A DNA stretch of 62,961 nt from NCBI GenBank assembly GCA_034660555.1, contig JAYEJL010000044.1, positions 1-62,961 of the forward strand. Reading direction: 5' to 3'. This document shows, piece after piece, positions 28,469 to 40,361 of the stretch. Position 1 is the first letter of the stretch. Every line of letters starts with the position of its first letter. Source of the DNA: Thermotogota bacterium (GTDB taxonomy: Bacteria; Thermotogota; Thermotogae; Petrotogales; Kosmotogaceae). The notes beneath the pieces were generated by a model that searched no databases, was not told the origin of the DNA, and saw only the letters and a program-made list of their open reading frames with translations. Both the position numbers and the translations under genes were made by a program.

Positions 28469-28751
28469 AGCAGCAATAATTCTTTTTTTTAATACTAAAA
28501 TTTCTCTGGGTGTTTTTTATGGAACTGCATTTGGTATTACCAGCTTTTGGCTGCTTTCGTTGACAGTTGAAAAAATAGCGAGAACTCAAAAGGTTTTGTG
28601 GAGAGATTATCTTTTGCGTTATAGTTTATACATAGTGTGTTTTCTGAGCGCCATTGGTTATGGTACTTATTTTTTTATTGGTTCAGCGGTAGGGCTGCTG
28701 AATTTGAAGCTGTCCCTTCTTTTATTTGGGAGGTGGTTAAGTGAAGGTTAG
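28404..28751 (+). CDS. atpI: ATP synthase protein I-like membrane protein
   Basis: Four TM helices, Y..RY motif, position before atpB. Confidence 0.65.
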   Translation: MRKSTRISIKETIVMIILASIEAAIILFFNTKISLGVFYGTAFGITSFWLLSLTVEKIARTQKVLWRDYLLRYSLYIVCFLSAIGYGTYFFIGSAVGLLNLKLSLLLFGRWLSEG

Positions 28752-29577
28752 TCTAACTAAAGGTGACAAGATTTTCCTTGGATGTCTTGGCTCAGGTTAT
28801 ATAATTACATTTATTGTTATGCAGATTACTGACCACACCTTTGATCTCGAAGGACTGGGACAACGCTGGATCGTTCAACTACCTTTTGGAAGTGGGTTAT
28901 TCAGCAGAGTGAACCCTATGACACTGTTTGTTAGCTGGGCATTAATGGCAATTTTGATAATATTTGCTTTGAGTATAAAGAAATTTGAAAGAATTCCCGG
29001 TAAGAAACAGTCTTTGATTGAAATGCTCCTTGAGTATTTTTATGAATTGACAAAAGATACCATACCGAAAAAGGAATTTGTGAAACCGACATTTTATATA
29101 GCTACGACTTTATTTTTGTTTATTATTTTGTCCAATTTACTTGGCGCTATACCTGGAATTGACACGGTACCAACAGAAAATGGCGTAAAATTTACTTTAT
29201 TTCAAAGTTCATGGTATTCGCCAACATCAGACTTAAATACAAATGCTACATTGGCTGTGTTCGTTCTTATAATCAGTCACGCATTTGCGATAAAGGCAAA
29301 AGGGTTTCTCACATGGTTAAAAACATTTTTTGAGCCAAATCCAATTATGTTCCCCATTAATTTAATAAGTGAAGTTGCGAAGCCTATATCTCATTCTTTA
29401 AGGTTGTTTGGTAATGTAATGGGTGGGGGAATACTTGCAATAATAATAAGTTATCTTGTTAAGTATTTTCTTTTGCCCACATTTTTATGGGGATTTTTTG
29501 GAATATTTATTGGTGCTATACAGGCACTAGTTTTCGCAGTATTGGCGATAGCTTATATTGGTTCTGTAATAGAATAA
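28741..29577 (+). CDS. atpB: F0 subunit a
   Basis: P...Q...E, PTSDLN, KPISHSLRLFGN, IQA.VF..L. Confidence 0.95.
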   Translation: MKVSLTKGDKIFLGCLGSGYIITFIVMQITDHTFDLEGLGQRWIVQLPFGSGLFSRVNPMTLFVSWALMAILIIFALSIKKFERIPGKKQSLIEMLLEYFYELTKDTIPKKEFVKPTFYIATTLFLFIILSNLLGAIPGIDTVPTENGVKFTLFQSSWYSPTSDLNTNATLAVFVLIISHAFAIKAKGFLTWLKTFFEPNPIMFPINLISEVAKPISHSLRLFGNVMGGGILAIIISYLVKYFLLPTFLWGFFGIFIGAIQALVFAVLAIAYIGSVIE

Positions 29578-29850
<273 letters not shown>

Positions 29851-29886
29851 GATATTTTGAAACATAAATAGAAGGGGGTAAATCAC

Positions 29887-30375
29887 TTGATAGAACTTAA
29901 CCTTACCTCTGTAATTCAGTTATTGAATTTCTTGTTGTTAATGTGGGTTTTGAAGAAACTATTGTACGATCGTTTTTTCGAAATCGTAAAAAAGAGACGC
30001 GAAGAAGTTAATGCAAAGTTTTCAGACGCAGAAAAATTGCGCAAAGAAGCTGAAGAGTACAAGAGTAAATACGAAGAAGAATTACAGAAAACTAGAGAAC
30101 AGGCAAACGAAATGATAACAAATGCGGAAAGACGGTCTGAACAAATTATTCAGCAGGCGAAAGATAAAGCTAAAGAGGAAAGCGCAAGAATTAAACATGC
30201 TGCACAGGAAGACATAAATAACCAGAAGAAAAAGGCTATTCAAGATGTTCAAACATCAGCTGTTGAAATGGCTGTTAATCTGGTTGCGCGATTTCTGGGT
30301 CGGGAAATGGATGAGAAACTCAAAAGACAGTACACTCAAAGGATGCTAAATTCTATGGAGAATAAGGAAAAATGA
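29887..30375 (+). CDS. atpF: F0 subunit b
   Basis: N-terminal TM (Q.LNF..L..VL) plus charged coiled coil. Confidence 0.92.
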   Translation: MIELNLTSVIQLLNFLLLMWVLKKLLYDRFFEIVKKRREEVNAKFSDAEKLRKEAEEYKSKYEEELQKTREQANEMITNAERRSEQIIQQAKDKAKEESARIKHAAQEDINNQKKKAIQDVQTSAVEMAVNLVARFLGREMDEKLKRQYTQRMLNSMENKEK

Positions 30376-30908
30376 AACATATCCCTTCTCTATCATATCG
30401 TTACGCGAAGGCTTTGTTTTTAGGAATAGAGGAAAATGAACTGGAAAAGACTTGCGAATGCCTTAGCAGAGCTTCAAGAATGATCAATAACAAGGAAATC
30501 AGAGAAATATTAATAGATCCTACATTAACAAAGAGAAAAGTTTTACAAATGTTTCTCAAGGTTTTTGATGATGTTCCCGAAGTTTTTGCAAATTTCTTGA
30601 AGTTAGTTGTTGATAGACGAAGACTAGATTATTTACCTGAAATTGAAATGGCATTTAAACAAGTAATGCACGAATCCATTTCGAAAATAGAAGTAAAAGT
30701 CAGGACAGCACTTAAATTAACTGACACTGAAAAGAAAGAAATAGAGACACTTGTAAAAGCAGAAACGGGAAGAGAATCAATTCTTTCCATTTTTATTGAT
30801 AGAGAACTTGTAGCTGGTATGATTATTGAGTTTAGTGATAGAGTGATTGATATGACCATAAGGGGCAGGCTTGCGCGATTTAAAAAATCATTCACCACTA
30901 AGGCCTAG
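30372..30908 (+). CDS. atpH: F1 subunit delta
   Basis: RYAKALF, NFLKL....R, D.ELVAG.......ID.T...RL. Confidence 0.9.
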   Translation: MKHIPSLSYRYAKALFLGIEENELEKTCECLSRASRMINNKEIREILIDPTLTKRKVLQMFLKVFDDVPEVFANFLKLVVDRRRLDYLPEIEMAFKQVMHESISKIEVKVRTALKLTDTEKKEIETLVKAETGRESILSIFIDRELVAGMIIEFSDRVIDMTIRGRLARFKKSFTTKA

Positions 30909-30931
30909 CAAAGCAATATGGAGGTGGTCCA

Positions 30932-32446
30932 GTGAAAATTGATCCTTCTGAGATTACAAAAATTCTAAAATCACAATTAAGTGAAGCAGACAGAGAAATA
31001 GATTATTTTGAGGCTGGTAAGGTAATTCAAGTTGGAGATGGAATAGCCAGAGCCTACGGACTCAAAAACGTTATGGCTAATGAACTTGTTCGATTTGAGA
31101 ACGGTGTTTTTGGACTTACGTTGAACCTTGAAGAGGATAATGTTGGGATTGTTATTCTGGGTGATTATAGAGATATAAAAGAAGGAGAGCTCGTAAGAAG
31201 AACGGGGCGGATAATTCAGGTACCGGTTGGCGATGAACTGCTTGGAAGAGTGGTCAATCCTCTAGGTATGCCAATTGATGGAAAAGGAGAAATTGAAACA
31301 GATCAGTACAGACCGGTTGAAGTTAAGGCTCCCGGAGTTATAAAAAGAAAGCCTGTTGATACTCCGCTTCAAACGGGATTGAAAGCGATAGACGCAATAG
31401 TGCCAATTGGAAGAGGTCAGAGAGAATTAATTATTGGTGATAGACAAACTGGAAAGTCGGCAATAGCAGTAGATGCAATCATAAATCAGAAAGGGCAGGG
31501 GGTACACTGTGTTTATGTTGCGATAAGGCAGAAAACAGCAGCGCTGGCACACACCGTAGACAAATTACGTGAAACGGGTGCCATGGAATATACTACAGTT
31601 GTTGCTGCAACTTCAAGCGGGCCTGCAACATTATCATATCTTGCACCTTATGCAGGTGCAGCAATAGGAGAGTATTTTATGTATAAGGGTGAAGATGCCC
31701 TTGTAATATTTGATGATTTGTCAAAACATGCGGAAGCATATCGTGAACTCTCGCTTTTGTTAAGAAGACCTCCCGGACGTGAAGCATATCCTGGTGATGT
31801 ATTCTATCTACATTCACGGTTGCTTGAAAGAGCTGCAAGGTTAAATGAAGAACACGGTGGAGGTTCTATGACTGCATTACCTATAATTGAAACTCTGGCA
31901 AACGATGTTAGTGCTTATATACCAACAAATGTTATATCTATAACAGATGGTCAGATATATCTCGATCCAAATCTATTTTATGCAGGAAATCGGCCTGCTA
32001 TAAATGTTGGACTTTCAATTTCCAGAGTAGGTGGTTCTGCTCAGATAAAAGTCATGAAAAGCATAGCGGGGAATTTGAGAATTGATCTTGCGCAATATCG
32101 TGAATTACAATCTTTTGCTCAGTTTTCTACCGAGCTGGACAAAGCCACTCAGCAGCAATTAACCAGAGGTGAGAAACTTACAGAGCTTTTGAAGCAGGAT
32201 CAATATTCTCCAATGCCTGTCGAAGAGCAAATTGTGGTGCTTTATGCAGGAACAAAGGGCTACCTTGACGATATTGAGACAGGTGAAATAAGAAATTTTG
32301 AGAAAAATCTTCTTCAAACATTGAGAGATGAATATCAGGAAGTACTGGAGAAAATAAGAAAAGATAAAGTGATTTCCGACTTTATTGAAGAAAAGCTGGA
32401 TGAGGCGATAAATAAAGTGAAAAATCTGGTAAAGTCTAGAGGTTGA
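30932..32446 (+). CDS. atpA: F1 subunit alpha
   Basis: [45 protein letters not shown]. Confidence 0.97.
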   Translation: MKIDPSEITKILKSQLSEADREIDYFEAGKVIQVGDGIARAYGLKNVMANELVRFENGVFGLTLNLEEDNVGIVILGDYRDIKEGELVRRTGRIIQVPVGDELLGRVVNPLGMPIDGKGEIETDQYRPVEVKAPGVIKRKPVDTPLQTGLKAIDAIVPIGRGQRELIIGDRQTGKSAIAVDAIINQKGQGVHCVYVAIRQKTAALAHTVDKLRETGAMEYTTVVAATSSGPATLSYLAPYAGAAIGEYFMYKGEDALVIFDDLSKHAEAYRELSLLLRRPPGREAYPGDVFYLHSRLLERAARLNEEHGGGSMTALPIIETLANDVSAYIPTNVISITDGQIYLDPNLFYAGNRPAINVGLSISRVGGSAQIKVMKSIAGNLRIDLAQYRELQSFAQFSTELDKATQQQLTRGEKLTELLKQDQYSPMPVEEQIVVLYAGTKGYLDDIETGEIRNFEKNLLQTLRDEYQEVLEKIRKDKVISDFIEEKLDEAINKVKNLVKSRG

Positions 32447-32450
32447 TTCC

Positions 32451-34723
<2,273 letters not shown>

Positions 34724-34725
34724 TT

Positions 34726-35127
34726 GTGTCTCTTAACATTAAGCTAGTAACTCCATATGGCATCGAATGGGAGGGAACTGCTGAACTTCTAAGTTTCAAA
34801 ACAGTGGAAGGAAGCATAGCTTTTCTGCCTTCTCGTGCTCCCATGGTTTGTCAGCTTGCTGTTGACAAAATAAACATTAAATCAGAGGGTAAAAATTATT
34901 ATTTTGCGGTCCATGGAGGTTATTTGCTAAATGATAGAGAATTGGTAGCAATCGTTGCTGACGCAGCTGAAAAACCTGAAGACATTGATGTTGAGAGAGC
35001 AAGACGTCACCTGGAAAGAGCAAAAGAATTAATTGATCTGGCAGAAGATACAAGGGACAAAGCAGACCTATCAGCTCAAATTCAAAGGAATATACTTAGA
35101 GAAAAGGTATATAAGGAACATAGATAA
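34726..35127 (+). CDS. atpC: F1 subunit epsilon
   Basis: LVTP, G....LP..AP, GG, AD.AE..EDID..RA. Confidence 0.92.
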   Translation: MSLNIKLVTPYGIEWEGTAELLSFKTVEGSIAFLPSRAPMVCQLAVDKINIKSEGKNYYFAVHGGYLLNDRELVAIVADAAEKPEDIDVERARRHLERAKELIDLAEDTRDKADLSAQIQRNILREKVYKEHR

Positions 35128-35154
35128 TCCAAATGTGAAATTTCATTGTTTCAT

Positions 35155-35182
35155 AAGTGCCAGGCATAAGCCTGACTTTTTT
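35155..35182 (+). terminator. Probable terminator between the convergent atpC and plsY
   Basis: CAGGC-ATAA-GCCTG hairpin followed by ACTTTTTT. Confidence 0.6.
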
Positions 35183-35801
35183 ATTTTTTCCCGTTTTCTC
35201 GGTGTTTTTTGAAGGCTTCTATGAGGTCTGTCTTATTTTCATTTTTCTTGATCAACCTTTTAATGTTATTTCTATGTCTGTATGCAGACAAAGCTAAAAA
35301 TGCAAGAACCCACAGCCCCTCGTTGACTCCTGAAAAAATAAAGAATGCTACACTTAATGTACCAAGTGAAACAAGTGATGAAAGTGAAACGTATTTGGTT
35401 AATATGGCAAGGGGTATCCATATGGCAAAAAACAAAGCCACTAGGGGTGCTTTAACAGCTGATATAGTTCCAACTGTTACTGCAACTGCTTTTCCTCCTT
35501 TGAATTTAAGCCAAATTGGATAGCTGTGACCAATGGCAGCAAAAAATCCCATCATTAATCCCTGTGTGAAATTCATGCCAAAAACATGGATTCCTATCAT
35601 TATTGGTACAAAAGCTTTGGCACCGTCAAGTACCATACAAATTGAACCCCATATGCCACCGAGGGATCGAAGAACATTTGTCCCTCCAACATTCCCACTA
35701 CCAATTTTTCTGATATCTACCCCTATGATCCAGGGGATAATAAAACTGAATGGAATTGAACCCGCAAAATAGCCAATTATGGCTATTAACAAGAAATTCA
35801 T
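35181..35801 (-). CDS. plsY: Glycerol-3-phosphate acyltransferase
   Basis: GY..GSIP, DIR..GSGNVG.TN, D..K, GH.YP...F.GGK.VA, H..NI.RL. Confidence 0.93.
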   Translation of the reverse strand: MNFLLIAIIGYFAGSIPFSFIIPWIIGVDIRKIGSGNVGGTNVLRSLGGIWGSICMVLDGAKAFVPIMIGIHVFGMNFTQGLMMGFFAAIGHSYPIWLKFKGGKAVAVTVGTISAVKAPLVALFFAIWIPLAILTKYVSLSSLVSLGTLSVAFFIFSGVNEGLWVLAFLALSAYRHRNNIKRLIKKNENKTDLIEAFKKHRENGKK

Positions 35802-37126
35802 CGTTTTCCCCTCAATTTGATAAAAATTGGTGATCCTGTAAAATCATGAAAATTCATCCTTATTGTTTTTCTAAGACCTCTTAAATAAGCTGATGAAAAA
35901 AGGCCGGGATCATTAACGTTTAGCAATATTAACGGTGGTCTTGTGTCTATTTGTGAAGCATAGTAAATTTTTGCCTTTCGTTTTTTATTACCAACAGGAG
36001 GGGTTGATAATGTGTAACGTTTTATCAACTCATTTAGTAATCCTGTTGGAATTCGTCTATCAATATTTTCGGTGACTTCTAAAATACTATCTATGAGCAT
36101 TTCTATTCCTGTTTCTTTTATACAGGAAGTGAACAAAACTGGACTGTAATTGACAAAGTATAGTTCTCTTTCCACTGCATTCATAAGGGAATCTTTCTTT
36201 TTTTCTGTAATCAAATCGGCTTTATTGAATACAATAATAGTACCTTTTCCATTTTTTTCTGCAAGGCCAGCAACCTTCTGATCCTGTTTGCTGATTCCCT
36301 TTGTTGCATCAATAACGAGGATTGATATATCACTTCGCTCTATTGAACTTATAGAACGCATTACACTGTAATATTCTACGTTTTTTATTTTTACCTTTGA
36401 TTTCTTTCTAATGCCTGCTGTATCAATAAACTTGCATAATTTTTCATCGATGTACATTGGCTGATCTATAGTATCCCTGGTAGTACCCGGTATCTCTGTA
36501 ACCAGGCTTCTATTGCTTCCCAGAATAGTATTAAACAAAGAAGATTTTCCAACATTTGGTTTACCAACAATTGAAATATTACACCATACATCCTCTTCCT
36601 CAAATAATATATTTGTTGGTAATTCCATCTCTTCAAGTTTTTCATAGATTGTGTCTAGCAACGTGTCAATATTTAAAGAATGTTCAGAAGAGACCGGAAT
36701 GGGTTCTCCAAGCCCAAGACTGTAAAGTTCTGCTTTTGAATCCGTTTCGAATCTCTCAAAAACCTCAACTTTATTTGCCACAAGCAGGACTTTTTCTTTC
36801 CTGGTACGCAAAATTTCTGCAAGGTTGTAATCAGCTGATGTTATATCATTCCTTCCATCAACCACGAACAAGATTAAATCACCCTCATCGAGAATGCTGA
36901 GGGTGAGTTCCTTCATTTTTGTTTCAACAATATCATTTGGATTATCAAAAAGGCCGCACGTATCGACAACTTCAAAGGACTTTTTCTGCCATTCAACATG
37001 TCCAAATACAAAATCCCTTGTTACTCCAGGTTCATCATCTACAATGGTTTTTTTGTAACCAACCAATCTATTAAAAAGTGTTGATTTGCCAACATTTGGG
37101 CGGCCCACAATGAGTACAGTCGCCAC
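35798..37126 (-). CDS. der: Ribosome biogenesis GTPase Der/EngA
   Basis: Two GTPase domains (GRPNVGKS, GKPNVGKS, DTAG, NKxD/E) and KH-like C-terminus. Confidence 0.96.
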   Translation of the reverse strand: MATVLIVGRPNVGKSTLFNRLVGYKKTIVDDEPGVTRDFVFGHVEWQKKSFEVVDTCGLFDNPNDIVETKMKELTLSILDEGDLILFVVDGRNDITSADYNLAEILRTRKEKVLLVANKVEVFERFETDSKAELYSLGLGEPIPVSSEHSLNIDTLLDTIYEKLEEMELPTNILFEEEDVWCNISIVGKPNVGKSSLFNTILGSNRSLVTEIPGTTRDTIDQPMYIDEKLCKFIDTAGIRKKSKVKIKNVEYYSVMRSISSIERSDISILVIDATKGISKQDQKVAGLAEKNGKGTIIVFNKADLITEKKKDSLMNAVERELYFVNYSPVLFTSCIKETGIEMLIDSILEVTENIDRRIPTGLLNELIKRYTLSTPPVGNKKRKAKIYYASQIDTRPPLILLNVNDPGLFSSAYLRGLRKTIRMNFHDFTGSPIFIKLRGKR

Positions 37127-39708
37127 TACTCGGTATCTTTTCCTTCTTGTTCTAACTTTTCTTTTATTTTTTCACCAATAGTTGTGGGTTTACTGTCACT
37201 TTTGTTATCATTCATTTCTTTAAGTGTTTCTTTGGCCTCCTGGCGCTCTTTATCTTTTTGATATTGCCTTATTGAAATAACCATATTTCTGACGTCATTT
37301 TCCGGATCATAGACAAGCCTGATAATCTTGAAATCTTTTCCTTCACCAATATTAACTGCATTTTTTATATTCTCGATTCTTTCTGTAGACACCTGGGAAA
37401 CGGGGAGGAAACCCTCTACATTGTAATCGTTAATCAAAACAATAGCTCCGGATTTAGTTAAACGTGCCACTTTACCTCTTATATGATCTCCCACATCAAG
37501 CTCTTTCTTTACTCTTTTCCATGGATCTTCAGTTGCCTTTTTTAAGCTCAATCTCATTCTTCTGTTTTCTTTATCAAGTGAAATGATCATCGCTTTTTTC
37601 TTTTCGCCTTCAGAAACAGCGTCCTCAACTTCATCCACGAAGTTCCATGAAATTTCAGAAACCGGAACAAAACCTGAAACATATTCTTCGATTTCAATAA
37701 TTACGCCCGTAGGAAGCACTTTTACTATCTTACCTTCAACGATGTCATTTACATTATATTTTTTTTCAATATTTTCCCAGGGGTCACCTACTGCTTCACG
37801 ATAACTAAGAGCTATGGTTCGTTCTTCAGGATTCACTTCTTTTACCTTTACTTCGACTCTATCTCCAACAGAAACAACATCGTGAAGACTTTTCTTTACA
37901 TTTCCCCAGAACACCTCTGAAGTATGTACAAGACCTTCAACTCCTGGTTCGAGCATCACAAAAAAGCCAAAGGGAACAATAGACTTAACCTCGCCTTTGA
38001 TGACAGCATCAACAGGATATTTTTTTTCGATGTTTTCCCATGGATCTTCTGTCATTCTCTTTAAACTCAGTGTTACTTTTTGTTCCTCTGGATTTATATC
38101 TATTATTTTTGCTTTCACTGTATCATTTTTTTTTACAACGTTGTTTATTCTTTCAGATGCCCAGCTGACTTCAGATGCAGGAATTAAACCGGTAATATCT
38201 TCGGTGAGTTTGACAAAAGCACCAAAATTCTTTATTGCTTCAACGGTGCCTTCTACTACTTGACCTGCCTCAAGTTTTGAAAAGTATTCTTGAATTCTCT
38301 CATTTTTAAGCTCTGTCAGAGAAACTACGATATTATTTCTTCCACGTTTTCTTTTCTTAAATTCTAGTATTTTGAAATTAAGTGGTTCATCGGTATATTT
38401 CTCACCTTTTCTTAATCCTGAATGGGATCCAGGTAAAAAGGCATTTATAGCCTTTTTTAGTCTTACTAGATAACCGCTCTTTATTTCACCAACAATTTCA
38501 CCCTTGACTGGATCACCATTTTTATAGGCTTCTTCTACTTCTTTCATGACTGTCCTATAGTAAGCGCGTTTTTCTGATGCCAGCGTTCGTCCTTCATCTT
38601 CATTTATTTTCATAACTGAAACATTAATTTTGTCTCCCACCTTGTAATCATCGATGGGGTTGACCAGTTCGTCTTCTCTAACGAAACCGTCAAGTTTTCC
38701 ATTTAGAAGTACAAGTATTCCATCGGGTTGAGTAGAATAAACTTCAGCTTCTGTAAAAGTCCCTTTTCTGAACGAGATATCGTCCATTTGTTCCATAACA
38801 TCTTCCATACTCATTTTTTCGTCGTGGTTCTGCCTTTCATCAGGCATTTGAATTACCTCCTCTTTATATTTATTCTTTATATTATCCAGTAATCTCTGGA
38901 TTTGTTTGGTTGGCGTTGATGTTCCACTGATAACTCCCACTATATTGCAGTTCTCCAGCGGGGGTAAACTGTCAGGATTGCTAACATGATAGGCAGGGGT
39001 TCCTTTTCTAAGAACCAACTCTGCCAGTTTTTTAGTGTTTGAGCTTTTCACTCCACCGACTACAATAACACAATCACTTTTTTTCGCAAGATATCTTGCT
39101 TCTGTTTCTCTATTTATTGTAACCGAGCAGATTGTATTGTGAACATCAATATCTCTTATTTTTTTTAATTCTTCGGAAAGACTTTCAAATTGGCTTAGAT
39201 CCATTGTAGTTTGCGAGATCAAAGAATAATTTTTGCAGTCTTTTTCAGTTATTTCTTTCTTAATCGTGTCAAAATTCCAATTTGGTTCGATTATGATGTA
39301 TCTTTTTAGTCTTCCTTTTAAGGCTTTTGTTTCTGCATGTTTTTTCTTACCAAAAATAATCACGCAGTTTCCTTGTTTTTCAAGTTTTTCAGCAAGCCTG
39401 AATACATTGTACACTATTGGGCAGGTTAGGTCTACAACATTGGAAAAACTATCTCTGATACGTTTTTCATTGTCTGGCGACACACCATGTGTTCTTATAA
39501 GAGCATAATAGGTTTCTTTTTCCTCTGGTGGAACTTCATCCAAATTTTTCAAACCTCTTTTTTCTAAACTGGAAACGACTACATCGTTATGGATAAGTTC
39601 TCCTTCTATTGCGAGTTTTTTTCCTTCGGATAATAATTTTTCCACTTTATTAATAGCCTTTTTTACACCATAGCAAAAACCGATTTCCTTACTAACCATA
39701 ATTTTCAT
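37126..39708 (-). CDS. ispH-rpsA: Bifunctional IspH (HMBPP reductase) / 30S ribosomal protein S1 fusion
   Basis: N-terminal IspH with GFC.GV, HN, HG, D.TCP, QTT, NTIC, SSN and G.STP; followed by about six S1 repeats (FGAFV, GLIP.SEVSW, DPW). Confidence 0.92.
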   Translation of the reverse strand: MKIMVSKEIGFCYGVKKAINKVEKLLSEGKKLAIEGELIHNDVVVSSLEKRGLKNLDEVPPEEKETYYALIRTHGVSPDNEKRIRDSFSNVVDLTCPIVYNVFRLAEKLEKQGNCVIIFGKKKHAETKALKGRLKRYIIIEPNWNFDTIKKEITEKDCKNYSLISQTTMDLSQFESLSEELKKIRDIDVHNTICSVTINRETEARYLAKKSDCVIVVGGVKSSNTKKLAELVLRKGTPAYHVSNPDSLPPLENCNIVGVISGTSTPTKQIQRLLDNIKNKYKEEVIQMPDERQNHDEKMSMEDVMEQMDDISFRKGTFTEAEVYSTQPDGILVLLNGKLDGFVREDELVNPIDDYKVGDKINVSVMKINEDEGRTLASEKRAYYRTVMKEVEEAYKNGDPVKGEIVGEIKSGYLVRLKKAINAFLPGSHSGLRKGEKYTDEPLNFKILEFKKRKRGRNNIVVSLTELKNERIQEYFSKLEAGQVVEGTVEAIKNFGAFVKLTEDITGLIPASEVSWASERINNVVKKNDTVKAKIIDINPEEQKVTLSLKRMTEDPWENIEKKYPVDAVIKGEVKSIVPFGFFVMLEPGVEGLVHTSEVFWGNVKKSLHDVVSVGDRVEVKVKEVNPEERTIALSYREAVGDPWENIEKKYNVNDIVEGKIVKVLPTGVIIEIEEYVSGFVPVSEISWNFVDEVEDAVSEGEKKKAMIISLDKENRRMRLSLKKATEDPWKRVKKELDVGDHIRGKVARLTKSGAIVLINDYNVEGFLPVSQVSTERIENIKNAVNIGEGKDFKIIRLVYDPENDVRNMVISIRQYQKDKERQEAKETLKEMNDNKSDSKPTTIGEKIKEKLEQEGKDTE

Positions 39709-40361
39709 TACTTATCTACCACCAAAAATAATATTGTTTCTACAACCTGGTCTATACTTAGACTTGTTGTATCAATTTTTATGGAGTCTTCTGAAGGTTT
39801 TAAGGGAGCAAGTGAGCGGGAAGAATCATTTTTATCTCTGTCAATAATTTCTTGCAATATCTGTTCATAATTTCCATTAAGCCCCATTGACTGCATTTGT
39901 TTTAACCTTCTTCGTGCACGTTCCTCTTTGGACGCTTTTAAAAAAAATTTGAATTCTGCATCCTGTAAGACCACAGTTCCAATATCCCTGCCTTCCATGA
40001 CAACAGGGATTTTTTTAGCGATTTTTCTCTGTTCTGTTGTTAAGAAATTTCTAACAGGTTCTAATTTAGCGATTTCAGATGATTTTTTTGATATTTCTGC
40101 TGTTCTGATTTCAGAATTAATGAATTCTCCATCCATTTTAAGTTTCCCTTCAAATAAGGAAAAAGTTGTTTCATTAATTAGCCTATCTAACTCTTTTTCA
40201 TTGTAAATATTGATTTCATTTTTATAAGCTTTCCAGGCTAGAGAACGATACATAGCTCCAGTATCTATGTAAACAAAACCCAGTCTCTTTGCTATTTTTG
40301 AAGCGACACAAGATTTTCCTGAGCCTGCAGGCCCATCAATAGCTATCTTCATCTTTCCCAT
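39708..40361 (-). CDS. cmk: Cytidylate kinase
   Basis: IAIDGPAGSGKS, DTGAMYR, EGRDIGTVV, RD..DS.R..APL; start ATG 40361 or 40352. Confidence 0.95.
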   Translation of the reverse strand: MGKMKIAIDGPAGSGKSCVASKIAKRLGFVYIDTGAMYRSLAWKAYKNEINIYNEKELDRLINETTFSLFEGKLKMDGEFINSEIRTAEISKKSSEIAKLEPVRNFLTTEQRKIAKKIPVVMEGRDIGTVVLQDAEFKFFLKASKEERARRRLKQMQSMGLNGNYEQILQEIIDRDKNDSSRSLAPLKPSEDSIKIDTTSLSIDQVVETILFLVVDK

